Positions 26,030-36,249 of a DNA stretch of 64,000 nucleotides are shown one piece after another. The first letter of the stretch is position 1; each line of letters opens with the position of its first letter. This stretch comes from Polyangiaceae bacterium (lineage in GTDB: Bacteria; Myxococcota_A; Polyangia; Polyangiales; Polyangiaceae), in NCBI GenBank assembly GCA_033763455.1, contig JANRKO010000038.1, forward strand, positions 1-64,000. Direction: 5' to 3'. The notes under the pieces were generated by a model. That model made no database searches. It was given only the letters and a program-made list of their open reading frames with translations, and was not told where the DNA came from. The position numbers were made by a program, and so were the translations under genes.

Positions 26030-26641
26030 TTAGCGATCTGGCGCTGCCAAAGGGGTAAGCGCCTCAGCCACCAGCTCTGCAAGCTCGTTCGGCAAGGCGA
26101 GGCTCTGTGCATAAGCCTGCCCGTTCGAGCTCATCTTCTTCCACGTCTTGCTGAGAACTTCGAGCACCTTGCCGCGCGGATGTTTGGCGACGAAGTCTCG
26201 AAGCTCGTATTCCAGGAATACCAAGCAGAGGGCATCTTCGATGAGCTGCGTGTTCGTCGGACCTCGCAACCCCTGCTTTTGATTGATCCGCGCAACTTCT
26301 TCAATCGTCTCGGTATCATAACCGACACGCTCCAAGATCTCGCGGGCAGCGGCCGCATGAAAACGCCCAAGCGCCGTACGCCACTTTAGGTATCCAACGC
26401 GCCCTTCTGGGAATTCGGAGCGCGGGTGCTCGAATCGCCGCAGGTGTTGGCAACGGGCCGCCAAACGTGCAGCTTCCGGCGCTTGGGGGTCCAGGCGCAG
26501 CACCCATGCTGACAGACGCTCGGCGTGTACCAGCTGTTTTGGACGAGCGACGCCCGCCACTAGCACACGCTCAGGGTCTTCTGCGTTAGCTCTATCGAAT
26601 GCAGCGAGGGCGGCTTCAAACCGGGACATATTCGTTGGCAT
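26030..26641 (-). CDS. DUF4202-domain protein
   Basis: AFDRANAEDP, LAARCQHLRR..HPRS.FP.GR.GYLKWR, EDALCLVFL, KTWKKMS. Confidence 0.85.
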   Translation of the reverse strand: MPTNMSRFEAALAAFDRANAEDPERVLVAGVARPKQLVHAERLSAWVLRLDPQAPEAARLAARCQHLRRFEHPRSEFPEGRVGYLKWRTALGRFHAAAAREILERVGYDTETIEEVARINQKQGLRGPTNTQLIEDALCLVFLEYELRDFVAKHPRGKVLEVLSKTWKKMSSNGQAYAQSLALPNELAELVAEALTPLAAPDR

Positions 26642-26678
26642 ACAACACAGGAATACGTTGAGGGAAACAGGTCGTAAG

Positions 26679-27632
26679 TTAGCGCAATTTCTGCCGCAAA
26701 CGATCCACACCCATGGCAACCACAATGATAACGCCAGTCACGATTTCCTGCACCCAGTTGGGCACCCCCACGTGCGTACAACCAGTCTTGATGGTGGTGA
26801 GCAAGAACGCCCCGAGCAAGGCGCCAGCCACAGAGCCTTGCCCGCCGGCAAGCGAACCGCCCCCGATAACCACAGCCGCAATCACCTCTAATTCGAGGCC
26901 CACCGAGTCCGTTGGGTCCCCTACCGTGAGCGTCGAGAACTCCAAGACCCCGGCGATGCCAGCACAAAGCCCAGCCAGCACGTACACCAAGAGGCGCACA
27001 CGCTCCACCGAGATGCCACACAAACGCGCGTTGTCGGCATTCGAGCCCACCGCCACCACATGGCGCCCCCAGCGTGTGTACGCTAAGAAAAGTGCCGCGA
27101 GCGCAGCAAGGATCATCGCCAACCAAACGCCCGCCGGAAAAAGCCAGGGCTCACCTTGCTGCACGGGTGCCATCCACGCGTCCAGCCCACGAGGATTGGC
27201 GTCTATCTTCTGTTCGTTGGCGAGCCCCTTAGCCGCTCCCCTGAGCACGCTCATTGTACCCAGTGTTACGATAAACGGCGTGATGTTGAGAAGATTCACC
27301 AAGAGCCCATTCACCAAACCTGCAATAGCTCCGGTGGCCACCCCAAGGACCACCACCTCGCCGAGGCCAAGATCGGCGCGGAGTGCGCGCGCCACTACCA
27401 CGGTAGTAATCGCCACCACCGAACCCACAGAAAGATCAATACCTCCCTGCACCATCACGAGCGTCATGCCCACCGAAGCAATGGCCAACACGGCTGTTTG
27501 GCGCAACATCGTCGTGAGGTTTGCGGAGCGCGCGAAGGTATCTGGGCTTAGAAATGAAAACAAAAGGAGCAACACCAAGAGGGCCAAAAACGGCCCAACC
27601 CAGGGATTCTTGAGGAACTTGTAGCCATTCAT
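26679..27632 (-). CDS. Sugar ABC transporter permease (RbsC-like)
   Basis: GIDLSVGS, PFIVTLG, LEVIAAVVIGG; multiple TM segments. Confidence 0.92.
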   Translation of the reverse strand: MNGYKFLKNPWVGPFLALLVLLLLFSFLSPDTFARSANLTTMLRQTAVLAIASVGMTLVMVQGGIDLSVGSVVAITTVVVARALRADLGLGEVVVLGVATGAIAGLVNGLLVNLLNITPFIVTLGTMSVLRGAAKGLANEQKIDANPRGLDAWMAPVQQGEPWLFPAGVWLAMILAALAALFLAYTRWGRHVVAVGSNADNARLCGISVERVRLLVYVLAGLCAGIAGVLEFSTLTVGDPTDSVGLELEVIAAVVIGGGSLAGGQGSVAGALLGAFLLTTIKTGCTHVGVPNWVQEIVTGVIIVVAMGVDRLRQKLR

Positions 27633-29170
27633 GAGTTCAACATCGCTTCCGCCAACAGATCGTGTTCGTTGAGTGCCGAGGCTCGCCGCGCCTCACCCAA
27701 CTTCCCATGGCGCATTACCTGGATCCTATCGCAAACACCCAGAAGTTCCGGCAGGTAGCTTGAAACCATGAGCACGGCTTTGCCTTCGCGTGCGGCCGCA
27801 TCCATGAGTCGATAAATTTCGCCTCGGCTCCGCACATCAATGCCACGTGTTGGCTCATCCAAAAGAAGCACGTCCACGTTGTGATACAAGAGACGAGCGA
27901 AAGCGACTTTCTGTTGATTACCTCCCGAAAGCTCCGATGCTCTCTGCAGAGGACCTTGACACACGATACCAAGGCGAGCAATCCAATCTGCAACCACCGC
28001 CAACTGCCGTCTTGAAGAGACGTAACCAAAAGCCCCCAGGGCACTCAATCTGGATAATGTGAGATTCTCCGCCACACTCAACTTCTGGCTGATACCCTCC
28101 TGCTTGCGATCTTCACTCAGAAGGCCGAGCCCCTGAGCTAGGCGTTGAGCTGGTGTTGCAGATCTATGAACCTTGCCGATTTGGGTTTTGGGTGAAACCC
28201 CGCCCTTAAAGGCACCCACCAGCACGTCCCCGGAGCGCACCTCCGTGAGGCCAAAAATGCCGCGCAATAGTTCGCTACGCCCGGCGCCGAGCAGGCCTGA
28301 AATACCTAGAATCTCACCCCGAAATAGCTCGAGGCTTGCCCCCTTGGGGAGCTTTTCACCACAAAGGTCGGTCACACGCAAGGCGAGCGGACCTGGCTGC
28401 CGTTCGGTGTGAGCAAAAATGTCCCCAAGCTTTCGCCCCGCCATCTTCTGAATGAGCTCCTTGGGTGAAGTCTCCGCGATATCGCCAGTAGCCACGTTCA
28501 CTCCGTCGCGCAGCACCGTGTAGCTCATGGCTATCTGCCCAACTTCTTCCAGAAAGTGGGAGATGTAGATCACGCTCACTCCAGCCTGGCTCACTTCTCG
28601 AATCGCTCGGAACAGCGCGGCAACGTCCGCCTGGCTCAGGCTAGCGGTGGGCTCGTCCAGGATTAACAGTCGGCAGTTAGGTTGCGCGAGAGCACGGGCA
28701 ATAGCCACCAACTGGCGCTGGCTGGGCGAAAGCTTCGACACAAGCGTTGCTGGGTCAATCGGATTCGAAGCCGAGGTAACCCGCCAGAGCGCCTGGCGTG
28801 CCTGCGCAAGGAGAGATTGGCGCCGAACCCATCCGTAGCGCACGGGCTCACTCCCTAGGAACAGATTTTCAGCCACCGTAAGATCGGCGCACAGGTGCGG
28901 CTCCTGGTGCACCATATGAACTCCCAAGGCACGCGCTTCCCCTGGATTTTGGGGCTGATAAGGCACCCCATCCAGCTCTAATTGTCCGGCATCTGCCCGT
29001 TCCGCACCCGACACAATAGCCATCAGCGTACTCTTGCCGGCGCCGTTTTCACCCAAGAGCGCGTGCACCTCCCCTGCCTGAACAGTGAGAGACACTGCTG
29101 CGAGCGCTTGTGTCGGCCCAAAGGCACGACTCACCGCTTCCACCACGAGGCGGGGGCTTGCCATGTGCAA
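27629..29170 (-). CDS. Sugar ABC transporter tandem ATP-binding protein (RbsA-like)
   Basis: GENGAGKST, LILDEPT, LSGGNQQK, DEPTRGIDV. Confidence 0.93.
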   Translation of the reverse strand: MHMASPRLVVEAVSRAFGPTQALAAVSLTVQAGEVHALLGENGAGKSTLMAIVSGAERADAGQLELDGVPYQPQNPGEARALGVHMVHQEPHLCADLTVAENLFLGSEPVRYGWVRRQSLLAQARQALWRVTSASNPIDPATLVSKLSPSQRQLVAIARALAQPNCRLLILDEPTASLSQADVAALFRAIREVSQAGVSVIYISHFLEEVGQIAMSYTVLRDGVNVATGDIAETSPKELIQKMAGRKLGDIFAHTERQPGPLALRVTDLCGEKLPKGASLELFRGEILGISGLLGAGRSELLRGIFGLTEVRSGDVLVGAFKGGVSPKTQIGKVHRSATPAQRLAQGLGLLSEDRKQEGISQKLSVAENLTLSRLSALGAFGYVSSRRQLAVVADWIARLGIVCQGPLQRASELSGGNQQKVAFARLLYHNVDVLLLDEPTRGIDVRSRGEIYRLMDAAAREGKAVLMVSSYLPELLGVCDRIQVMRHGKLGEARRASALNEHDLLAEAMLNS

Positions 29171-29173
29171 CTG

Positions 29174-30220
29174 TTACTTCTCTCCTAGCCACTTTTTGAG
29201 ATCAGGATGCAACAATTCCTGGTACTTGGCCTCGGCGATGTTGGCCTTATCCACGAGAGCCGCGCCCGTGTCGATACGCGCTGGCACCTTTGCACCGCGC
29301 AGATGCTCCACCGTTGTTTTGATCGCAAGGTACCCCATGCGAAATGGATCCTGCAATACAAGTGCATCAATGTGCCCAGCACGCACGCCTGCCTCCAACT
29401 TCTCCGAAGCATCAAAGCCAACAAAACGGATCTTGCCCGCGAGCCCCGTTTTCTGAAGGGCGAGCAGCATGCCAAACGTCGTGGATTCATTCGGGCAGAA
29501 AACGCCGGCCACGGCGCCTTTGGCGGCCGATTGGGCCAAAAGCAGGCTTTCGCTCGCAGCAAAAGCGCTTTCCGTGTTCGCGCCTCCATATTGGTTGGCA
29601 CTCAAGATCTTGATATCTGCCTTGCCCCCAAGTGCACTCAGAAACCCTTCTTCACGCTCACGCGTGCTCGCGGAGCCCTCCTGATAACGCAAGACCACCA
29701 CTCCGCCCTTACCTGAAAGCAGCTGCACCATGCGCTCTCCGGCAAGCTTGCCGGCTGCGAAATTGTCCGTCGCCACAAAGCTCACATGCGCTGTGCCGGC
29801 AAGCCCGGAGTCGAAAACCAATACTGGGATCTTAGCGGCGACAGCGCCCGCGACAGCACCAACGAGCGCCTTGTCGTTCAAAGGGGCCAAGGTGATCGCA
29901 GATACGCCCTGCGCGGTGAAGTTCTGCACCACGTCGATCTGCCCTTTGAGATCATCCTCACGGAGCGGCCCCTTCCACAGCAGCTGAATGCCAAATTCTT
30001 TTTCCGCCTTCACAGCCCCCGCATGCACGCTCTTCCAAAATTCGTGCGTGGTGCCTTTGGGGATCATGGCAATCTTTACGACCTTGGCCGCTTCTGCCAC
30101 GGGCTTCGCGTTGCCTTCAGCCTGAGGCCGGCTGCACGCCGAACACGTAGCCCAAGCCAACCAAGTCAACCCCGCCGCAACCCAAAACCTACGGTGTGTA
30201 TTCAACATCGGCCGCAGCAT
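29174..30220 (-). CDS. Sugar ABC transporter substrate-binding protein (RbsB-like)
   Basis: IPKGTTHEFWKSVHAGA, VATDN..AG, VGFDAS, QDPFRMGY. Confidence 0.92.
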   Translation of the reverse strand: MLRPMLNTHRRFWVAAGLTWLAWATCSACSRPQAEGNAKPVAEAAKVVKIAMIPKGTTHEFWKSVHAGAVKAEKEFGIQLLWKGPLREDDLKGQIDVVQNFTAQGVSAITLAPLNDKALVGAVAGAVAAKIPVLVFDSGLAGTAHVSFVATDNFAAGKLAGERMVQLLSGKGGVVVLRYQEGSASTREREEGFLSALGGKADIKILSANQYGGANTESAFAASESLLLAQSAAKGAVAGVFCPNESTTFGMLLALQKTGLAGKIRFVGFDASEKLEAGVRAGHIDALVLQDPFRMGYLAIKTTVEHLRGAKVPARIDTGAALVDKANIAEAKYQELLHPDLKKWLGEK

Positions 30221-30389
30221 ACGCGCGAAGGTTGGGGTACCAAAAGGTGGTATGCGGGGGGGCTCAGGCGAAGGCCCGTGCGAGATCGAATGCTCCGTAG
30301 ATCAGCCGAAAAATGGGGCGCTGACCGAGGCTCCCTGATCCGGCGGGTAAGGTGTGAGCAACGCGCGTAAGTGATCGAAATTGCGCCAA

Positions 30390-30565
30390 GCGTCTCCCTG
30401 TGTGAGGGAGACGCGGGAGAGGCGTGAGCCTGGCAGCTCCGCGCTGCGACGGAGGGGTTGCGACCTGAAAAGCCCCGGGCAGCACGGTAGCTCGTTTTTG
30501 GGATTGGGGATAGACAAGGTGGAAGGGGCGGCGACTACCTACGGATGCCCAATCCCAAAACCGAG
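30390..30565. other. Structured intergenic segment with two stem-loops
   Basis: Perfect 10-bp hairpin GCGTCTCCCT-GTGTG-AGGGAGACGC (30390-30414); 17/18-bp inverted repeat at 30491-30508 and 30548-30565. Confidence 0.6.
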
Positions 30566-30824
30566 ACCTATCGGGATTTACGGAAATGCTCGAAGTTCGA
30601 CAGTAGTTAATCTCCGAAGATTCCAGACAGAGCACGACCACAGGGAGCCCAGACTCCTCAAAGAGGTGCGACCAAGCGCCGGGCGCGGAGCCAGATCGAC
30701 ACGCAGCGACCCCTCATCATCCAAATGAACATCTATGCCACCGGATCAGGGAGGCTGATCTGCCATTGACAAAACCCGAACCAAGCCCAGACGGAGGTAG
30801 TCCCACCAAGAAAAGGAGTTTCCA

Positions 30825-31358
30825 ATGATTAAGTACCTAACAGTTTCGTCCCTATTGCTGTCCTTTGCCGTCGCCGCTTGCGGCGGTGCCGCCGCGGCTG
30901 GCCCGCCAAGCAACACGGCGGCAAGCACTGCGCCTGCGCCACAGGCCGAGTCTGACATCGTGGACACCGCTGTGGCGGCCGGATCGTTCAAAACACTGGC
31001 GGCCGCGCTTACGGCCGCGGATCTCGTGGATACTTTAAAGGGGGAAGGCCCTTTTACGGTGTTCGCTCCGACGGACGAAGCTTTCGCAAAGCTACCTCCG
31101 GGGACTCTCGACAGCCTGCTCCTGCCGGAGAACAAAGCCAAGCTCCAGGCTATCCTCACCTATCACGTAGTTCCAGGCCGCGTTGGCTCGGACAAGGTAG
31201 TTGCGATGAACGCTGCGAAGACCGTCCAAGGGGCAGAGGTTAAAATCGCAAACAACGCAGAAGGTGTGATGGTGAACGCTGCGAACGTCGTTAAGACTGA
31301 TATCGACTGTTCTAACGGGGTCATCCACGTTATCGACTCTGTGCTCATCCCGGAATAG
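30825..31358 (+). CDS. Fasciclin (FAS1, MPT70/83-like) lipoprotein
   Basis: AAGGAG RBS; lipobox [32 protein letters not shown]. Confidence 0.93.
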   Translation: MIKYLTVSSLLLSFAVAACGGAAAAGPPSNTAASTAPAPQAESDIVDTAVAAGSFKTLAAALTAADLVDTLKGEGPFTVFAPTDEAFAKLPPGTLDSLLLPENKAKLQAILTYHVVPGRVGSDKVVAMNAAKTVQGAEVKIANNAEGVMVNAANVVKTDIDCSNGVIHVIDSVLIPE

Positions 31359-31393
31359 GCCTAATGCATTGCGACCCTTCGCTGCTAATTCAC

Positions 31394-31430
31394 GGACGTT
31401 AGCTTCATACTAGAAACGAAGCTAACGTCC
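31394..31430. terminator. Hairpin between convergent genes (probable bidirectional terminator)
   Basis: GGACGTTAGCTTC-11 nt-GAAGCTAACGTCC, a perfect 13-bp stem. Confidence 0.65.
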
Positions 31431-31434
31431 GACC

Positions 31435-32517
31435 TCAATACACCACCGGAGGGGCGGCAAATTGCCCAGGGAACGGCTCGGCGCGTTCACGCAACCGCAG
31501 CTCTTCTTGGGGCACGCGGGAGCCAATTTCGTCGAAGAAAGCCACGCCAATCACGCCCACGTTGCGATCGTCCCCTTTGCTCGCCGCGTAAGATTCGCCT
31601 ACTCCACCGAAACGAAAAGATGCCACTTCGTTCTCACTTTGGCGGAAGCCATCGATCTGCACGGTGGCCCAGGGGCCCACTAAGTAACCGCGCTTTTCGA
31701 AATTACCGGGCTGCCCATCAATCACGTCTAACCCGTCCACCGTGGCCACAGCTTCGTAGCGGCTGCCAGTATTATTCTTGATCTCGATGAGGTAGCGCTC
31801 TCCTTCGCGGCCAGTAACGTACACATCTGAGCCGCGGCGGTAAGCTGGGAAGCTGCCACCGGAGCCGTTCACTACGCGCACTACGAGGTTGCCTTGCTCA
31901 GCGCTCCATTGGCTTTGCCCGAGCACGCGGAGTTCGCTGCGATCGAGCATGGCCTGGATGCCCTCAGCGTTGTTGTAAAAAAGGCGAGCGGTGAGAAATG
32001 GTGAGTACTCGCTGTCGCGTTGGAACGGTACCGATGAAACCCGGCTATACCGCGTTTCGCCCCAACGGGTGGCAAGGCCCGGGCGATATTGTGGCTCGGG
32101 TGCGCTCTTCCAGGCTCCTTTGGGTGCGCTCTCACTCTCCGCGGAGCTTAGAGCCCTTGAATCTCTGCGCTCCGCCGAACGATCCTGAGGAACACTTCGG
32201 GGCGGTGCCGCACCTTGCGCGGCGGGGGCCGAAGAGGGCTCCCTGGAAGTGCGGCCTCGAGGCGAGTACGAGTCTTCTGTTTGGGGCGCCACAGCCTCGT
32301 CAGCGGAAGCGCTATAACGAGCGCCGCCCGGGGGCTGGGCGTAACGAGAAGCGTTTGGAGCACTCTTCGAGTCAGCGTAGCCCTGCGATGACTCCGAGTA
32401 ACCGTGCGATTGTGCTGGCGAATTCGACCCCACCGAGCGTGGTTCCGTCTGCACCGTACCGCAGCCCCACGCCGCCGACCCACACACCACTACCGCCCAA
32501 CCAATTACGCTTCTCAT
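31435..32517 (-). CDS. Conserved hypothetical lipoprotein
   Basis: Lipobox AWGC; C-domain GERY.IE..N...VDGLDVIDG...GY...IDGFR...FRF...RNVGVIGVA. Confidence 0.75.
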   Translation of the reverse strand: MRSVIGWAVVVCGSAAWGCGTVQTEPRSVGSNSPAQSHGYSESSQGYADSKSAPNASRYAQPPGGARYSASADEAVAPQTEDSYSPRGRTSREPSSAPAAQGAAPPRSVPQDRSAERRDSRALSSAESESAPKGAWKSAPEPQYRPGLATRWGETRYSRVSSVPFQRDSEYSPFLTARLFYNNAEGIQAMLDRSELRVLGQSQWSAEQGNLVVRVVNGSGGSFPAYRRGSDVYVTGREGERYLIEIKNNTGSRYEAVATVDGLDVIDGQPGNFEKRGYLVGPWATVQIDGFRQSENEVASFRFGGVGESYAASKGDDRNVGVIGVAFFDEIGSRVPQEELRLRERAEPFPGQFAAPPVVY

Positions 32518-32585
32518 GATTCATTGCCTCCTGATAAGAACCCAACGGGAGACAGCCGCCCCCCTTACACCTTGGGTCCTGATTT

Positions 32586-33650
32586 TCAGGAAGCGACGCG
32601 AATTTTGCCCAACCAGGTGGCAAGGATCCGCTGTCCTACCTCCAGATCCGGCAGGAAAGTCCACTCATTGCGCTGGTGCGCCTGGCTCTGAGTGCCCGGG
32701 CCAAAATTGACGGCCACCACGCCGAGCTCTGAAAAGCGCGCCACATCCGTCCAGGCTTGCTTGGGCTCCACGGCTTTTACACCACTATCGGCTAACGCCA
32801 TAATGAGCGGATGGTGCCGGTGGGGTAGAGCAGCCGGTGAAAGATCCACAAATTCTACCAGAGCTTCACCTTGCACCAACGCCTTCACGCGCTCACACGC
32901 CTCCGTGAGCGTGGAATCCGGTCCGAAGCGATGATTGAGGTTGAGCTCGAAAGCGTCGGGAATAATATTCCGGGCGCGCCCACCTTGAGCCATGGTGGCG
33001 CTCGTCACGCGCGTGTAGGTGAGGCCATCTACTTCGATGGGCTCGGGTTGGAGAGCCGTTAGGCGAGCCAACAGGGCATGCGCTTTGTGAATCGCGTTTT
33101 CACCTTGCCAGGGGCGTGCGCTGTGCGCGGTGCGGCCTTGGAACGTAACTTTCGCCTGCACCGACCCACTGCAGCCAAGCTGAAGCTTATTGTCGCTCGG
33201 CTCTAGGCAGAGCGCGATATCCACGTGGGAAAGCTCGCGATCTTCGGCCAGCACCACGCCAAGCTCATTTTCTGCGTAGGGGCCCTCTTCACGAGCGTAA
33301 AACACGAGCGTCAAGTCAACGCCCGGCGGCACCGGCTTCATCGCTAAATCGAGCATCAAGGCGAGCCCGCTTTTCATGTCAGCCGCGCCTGCTCCGTACA
33401 AGCGCTCCCCTTCGATACGCGCCGGACCATCGTGCGAGGTGCGCACCACATCCAAATGCCCCGCCAACACCACGTGCGGACCGCCCGTGCCCCGGCTGAG
33501 TGGCACCACGATGGAATCCCCATAGCGCCGAATCGGGCTTGGTATCGGCTGAGCGCCGAGCTTCCGCGCTAAGAGATTACACAGCTCCTGCTCCTCGCCG
33601 ATGACCGAAGGCACCCGGCAGAGCCACAACAGGGTTTCTGCCAGCGTCAT
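32586..33650 (-). CDS. dapE: Succinyl-diaminopimelate desuccinylase (M20 family)
   Basis: LAGHLDVV, G.GAADMKSG, YAREEG, TAHSARPW, WTDVARF, FGPG...AH; adjacent to dapD. Confidence 0.88.
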   Translation of the reverse strand: MTLAETLLWLCRVPSVIGEEQELCNLLARKLGAQPIPSPIRRYGDSIVVPLSRGTGGPHVVLAGHLDVVRTSHDGPARIEGERLYGAGAADMKSGLALMLDLAMKPVPPGVDLTLVFYAREEGPYAENELGVVLAEDRELSHVDIALCLEPSDNKLQLGCSGSVQAKVTFQGRTAHSARPWQGENAIHKAHALLARLTALQPEPIEVDGLTYTRVTSATMAQGGRARNIIPDAFELNLNHRFGPDSTLTEACERVKALVQGEALVEFVDLSPAALPHRHHPLIMALADSGVKAVEPKQAWTDVARFSELGVVAVNFGPGTQSQAHQRNEWTFLPDLEVGQRILATWLGKIRVAS

Positions 33651-33674
33651 TAGCGTGAAAACTCCCCAGCGCGG

Positions 33675-34496
33675 TTATGCCGAAACGTTAAAGTCTCGCA
33701 GTGCTGCGTTGAGCGAAGTCTTACGGTCGGTGCTTTCGCTGCGCTGACCGATGATGAGCGCACACGGGATCTGATATTCACCAGCCGGGAACTTCTTGGT
33801 ACGTGTTCCCGGGATCACGATGCTCCGAGCCGGGATGCGACCCCGGACGTCTTTGGGCTCAGGCCCGGTAACGTCGATAATGGCGGTGGAAGCCGTCAGC
33901 GTAACGCCAGCGCCGATCACACATTCGCGCTCGATCAACATGCCTTCAACCACGATGCAGCGCGAGCCAATGAAGCAACCATCTTCGATGATCACGGGTT
34001 GCGCTCCCGGGGGCTCCAATACGCCACCAATACCGACGCCGCCCGAAAGGTGGCAATCTTTGCCGATCTGAGCGCACGATCCGACGGTGGCCCAAGTATC
34101 CACCATGGTGCCGGAGCCGACGTACGCGCCAATGTTCACAAAGCCGGGCATCACGATAGCACCCGCTTCAATGAAGGAGCCGTAACGCACCGTGCCCGGC
34201 GGGACCACGCGCACCGAGGCTTTATCCAAACCCTGCTTCAGCGGGATTTTATCGTAAAACTCGAAGGGGCCTGCGTGCCAGGTTTCCATTTTCGCCACCG
34301 CGAAATAGAGCAACACGGCTTCCTTCACCCAGGCGTGCGTCGTCCACTGGCCGGGCCCATCTTGCGTGCACACGCGGATTTTCCCAGCATCTAGCAGAGC
34401 GAGCGCCTCTAAAACGGCGCTCTTGTAGGATTCTTGAGCGAGCAGCGAGCGATCCGCAAACGCTTCGCGGATCTTCGCAATCTGAGCTTCTTGCAT
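33675..34496 (-). CDS. dapD: 2,3,4,5-tetrahydropyridine-2,6-dicarboxylate N-succinyltransferase
   Basis: WVKEAVLLYF, DKIPLK, RVVP, VNIGAYV..GTMVDTWATVGSCAQIG, GVLEP. Confidence 0.95.
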   Translation of the reverse strand: MQEAQIAKIREAFADRSLLAQESYKSAVLEALALLDAGKIRVCTQDGPGQWTTHAWVKEAVLLYFAVAKMETWHAGPFEFYDKIPLKQGLDKASVRVVPPGTVRYGSFIEAGAIVMPGFVNIGAYVGSGTMVDTWATVGSCAQIGKDCHLSGGVGIGGVLEPPGAQPVIIEDGCFIGSRCIVVEGMLIERECVIGAGVTLTASTAIIDVTGPEPKDVRGRIPARSIVIPGTRTKKFPAGEYQIPCALIIGQRSESTDRKTSLNAALRDFNVSA

Positions 34497-35354
34497 TTAC
34501 TTCTTCGTCCTATCAGCGAGATCGAGTGTCATCCCCTCGCTTGCTACCACAAGATCGGTATTTTCCGAGTGCCCTTTGAGCCAGGCGCGCCCACGTTCGG
34601 CGATGAGGTCCAAAGCGTCGTCGGTTCGGTCCGGATCGTGGTGAAAAAGCGCGAGCGTACGCGGGGATGCGAGCACGCCGAGGCGCAGCACATCATCCAC
34701 CACGCTGTGCCCCCACCCGCGCTTATACGGCATGTCTGTCGTGAGGTACTGCGAATCGTGGATCAAAAGATCAACGCCTTCGGCAAATTTCGCCAAATCG
34801 TCACGGGAGATTTTCTCGCCGGAAGGCGCGCTCAATTCGTTGTCCGTAAGGTACGTGAGGGAGGTTCCGTCTTCGTCTTCGAGGCGAAAGCCTTGGGCGC
34901 CCCCCGGATGATTGAGCTGCACTCGTTGAACCTTGGCTGAGCCAACCGTCCAAATTTCTTTCTCCTGCTTGATGAACTCCACCTTCGCCGGAATGTCGTT
35001 GGCGCTCACCGGAAAGTGAATGTCGTCGAAGATGCTGCGTTGAAACCGCGTCTGCCCTTCGCTAGCCAGCGGGTAGACCAAAAGCCTGTTCTTGGCGTTC
35101 CAAAGCGGACCAAAGAAGGGCAGCCCCAACACGTGATCCCAATGCGTGTGCGAGAGTAGCAAATGCACTTCCTCACCGCGATCCTCACGCAACAACACGT
35201 TCCCAAGATTCCGCATGCCCGTGCCAGCATCGAGCACCACAGTGGTGCCGTCAGCCAAGCGCACCTCGACGCAGGAGGTATTGCCTCCATACCGCACAGT
35301 TTCCGGTCCGGGTGCCGGGACCGAACCCCGAACGCCGTAAAAGGTGACCCGCAT
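34497..35354 (-). CDS. MBL-fold metallo-hydrolase (phosphodiesterase-like)
   Basis: GVRGS.P, YGGNTSCV, DAGTG, SHTHWDH, GWGHS, FHHDP. Confidence 0.9.
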   Translation of the reverse strand: MRVTFYGVRGSVPAPGPETVRYGGNTSCVEVRLADGTTVVLDAGTGMRNLGNVLLREDRGEEVHLLLSHTHWDHVLGLPFFGPLWNAKNRLLVYPLASEGQTRFQRSIFDDIHFPVSANDIPAKVEFIKQEKEIWTVGSAKVQRVQLNHPGGAQGFRLEDEDGTSLTYLTDNELSAPSGEKISRDDLAKFAEGVDLLIHDSQYLTTDMPYKRGWGHSVVDDVLRLGVLASPRTLALFHHDPDRTDDALDLIAERGRAWLKGHSENTDLVVASEGMTLDLADRTKK

Positions 35355-35672
35355 AAGCTGGGGTCCACTCTAACAAGAGGAGCGCGCTCGGGTGCAGGCA
35401 AAAAAGCACGAAGCCCGAACGCGAACATCGCCTGACCGGCCACACACCCCGGGGGCCCTCAAAAAACAGCATCCAACCGCATAAACAGAGCACCGAACGA
35501 ACCTCACATGCCCTGCCTGCGTGGCCCGGGCCGCCCGTCCGATCCCTCGCAGCAACGCACGCGCAAGCAGGTCGAAGAGAACTCCAAGGAGTCCCAAGGC
35601 GTCAACGAGGGACCTTTCCAGGACTCAGCCCAAGTGCGCCACCACTCGCAAACGTTATGTTAGACTGTTTCC

Positions 35673-36233
35673 ATGTCGAAGTTGGCCCCAGGTTTATTGC
35701 TAGCGGCACCGCCGCTCGGGGATCCGAACTTCGACAAATCTGTCGTGCTCCTGGCGTCCCACGGGGACGAGGGAGCCTTTGGTTGGGTGCTCAACGGTAA
35801 GCACCTCATGACCTTGAGTGATCTGCTGTCGCGTGCCGAAATTGTTGAAAACTCAGAGGTAGCGGGCAGCGTTCGTATTGGTGGTCCGGTTTCACAGGAG
35901 CAAGTGTGGCTCGTGTACCCCTCCAAGTTTCGCTTCGAGGATGTAGAAGGTCAATTCGAAGTGTACCCGGGCATTACAGCCACTGCATCGCGCAAAGTCT
36001 TGGAGCTTATTGCCGAAGGCAATGTGCCCGAGCCGCTGATCTGTTTGGCTGGTTATGCCGGCTGGGGCCCGGATCAGCTGGAAGACGAAATCCGACGCGG
36101 TTCATGGTTACCTACTGATGTGGATCCCCAAATTGTATTTGAGGTTTCCCCCGAGCAGTGCTGGCACCGCGCCTATGAACGCGTTGGCACAACCCCCATG
36201 GCGTTTACCACAAGGACAGTAGGGTCAGCCTGA
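35673..36233 (+). CDS. YqgE/AlgH (DUF179) family protein
   Basis: LLLAAP.LGDPNF..SVVL, GGPV, GYAGWGPDQLEDEI..GSW. Confidence 0.92.
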   Translation: MSKLAPGLLLAAPPLGDPNFDKSVVLLASHGDEGAFGWVLNGKHLMTLSDLLSRAEIVENSEVAGSVRIGGPVSQEQVWLVYPSKFRFEDVEGQFEVYPGITATASRKVLELIAEGNVPEPLICLAGYAGWGPDQLEDEIRRGSWLPTDVDPQIVFEVSPEQCWHRAYERVGTTPMAFTTRTVGSA

Positions 36234-36249
36234 GAAGCGCGCCAATTCG

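Noticed and set aside
26713..27624. 303-aa plus-strand ORF and many similar antisense ORFs across the window
   Set aside because: Shadow ORFs opposite well-supported genes, as expected in GC-rich DNA.
30264..30728. Short ORFs in the sugar-ABC/fasciclin spacer
   Set aside because: No recognisable motifs or RBS, and they overlap the stem-loops.
30756..30780. SigK-like ECF promoter upstream of the fasciclin gene (TGATCT-N14-CCGAA)
   Set aside because: The -35 match and spacing are imperfect; not supportable by eye.
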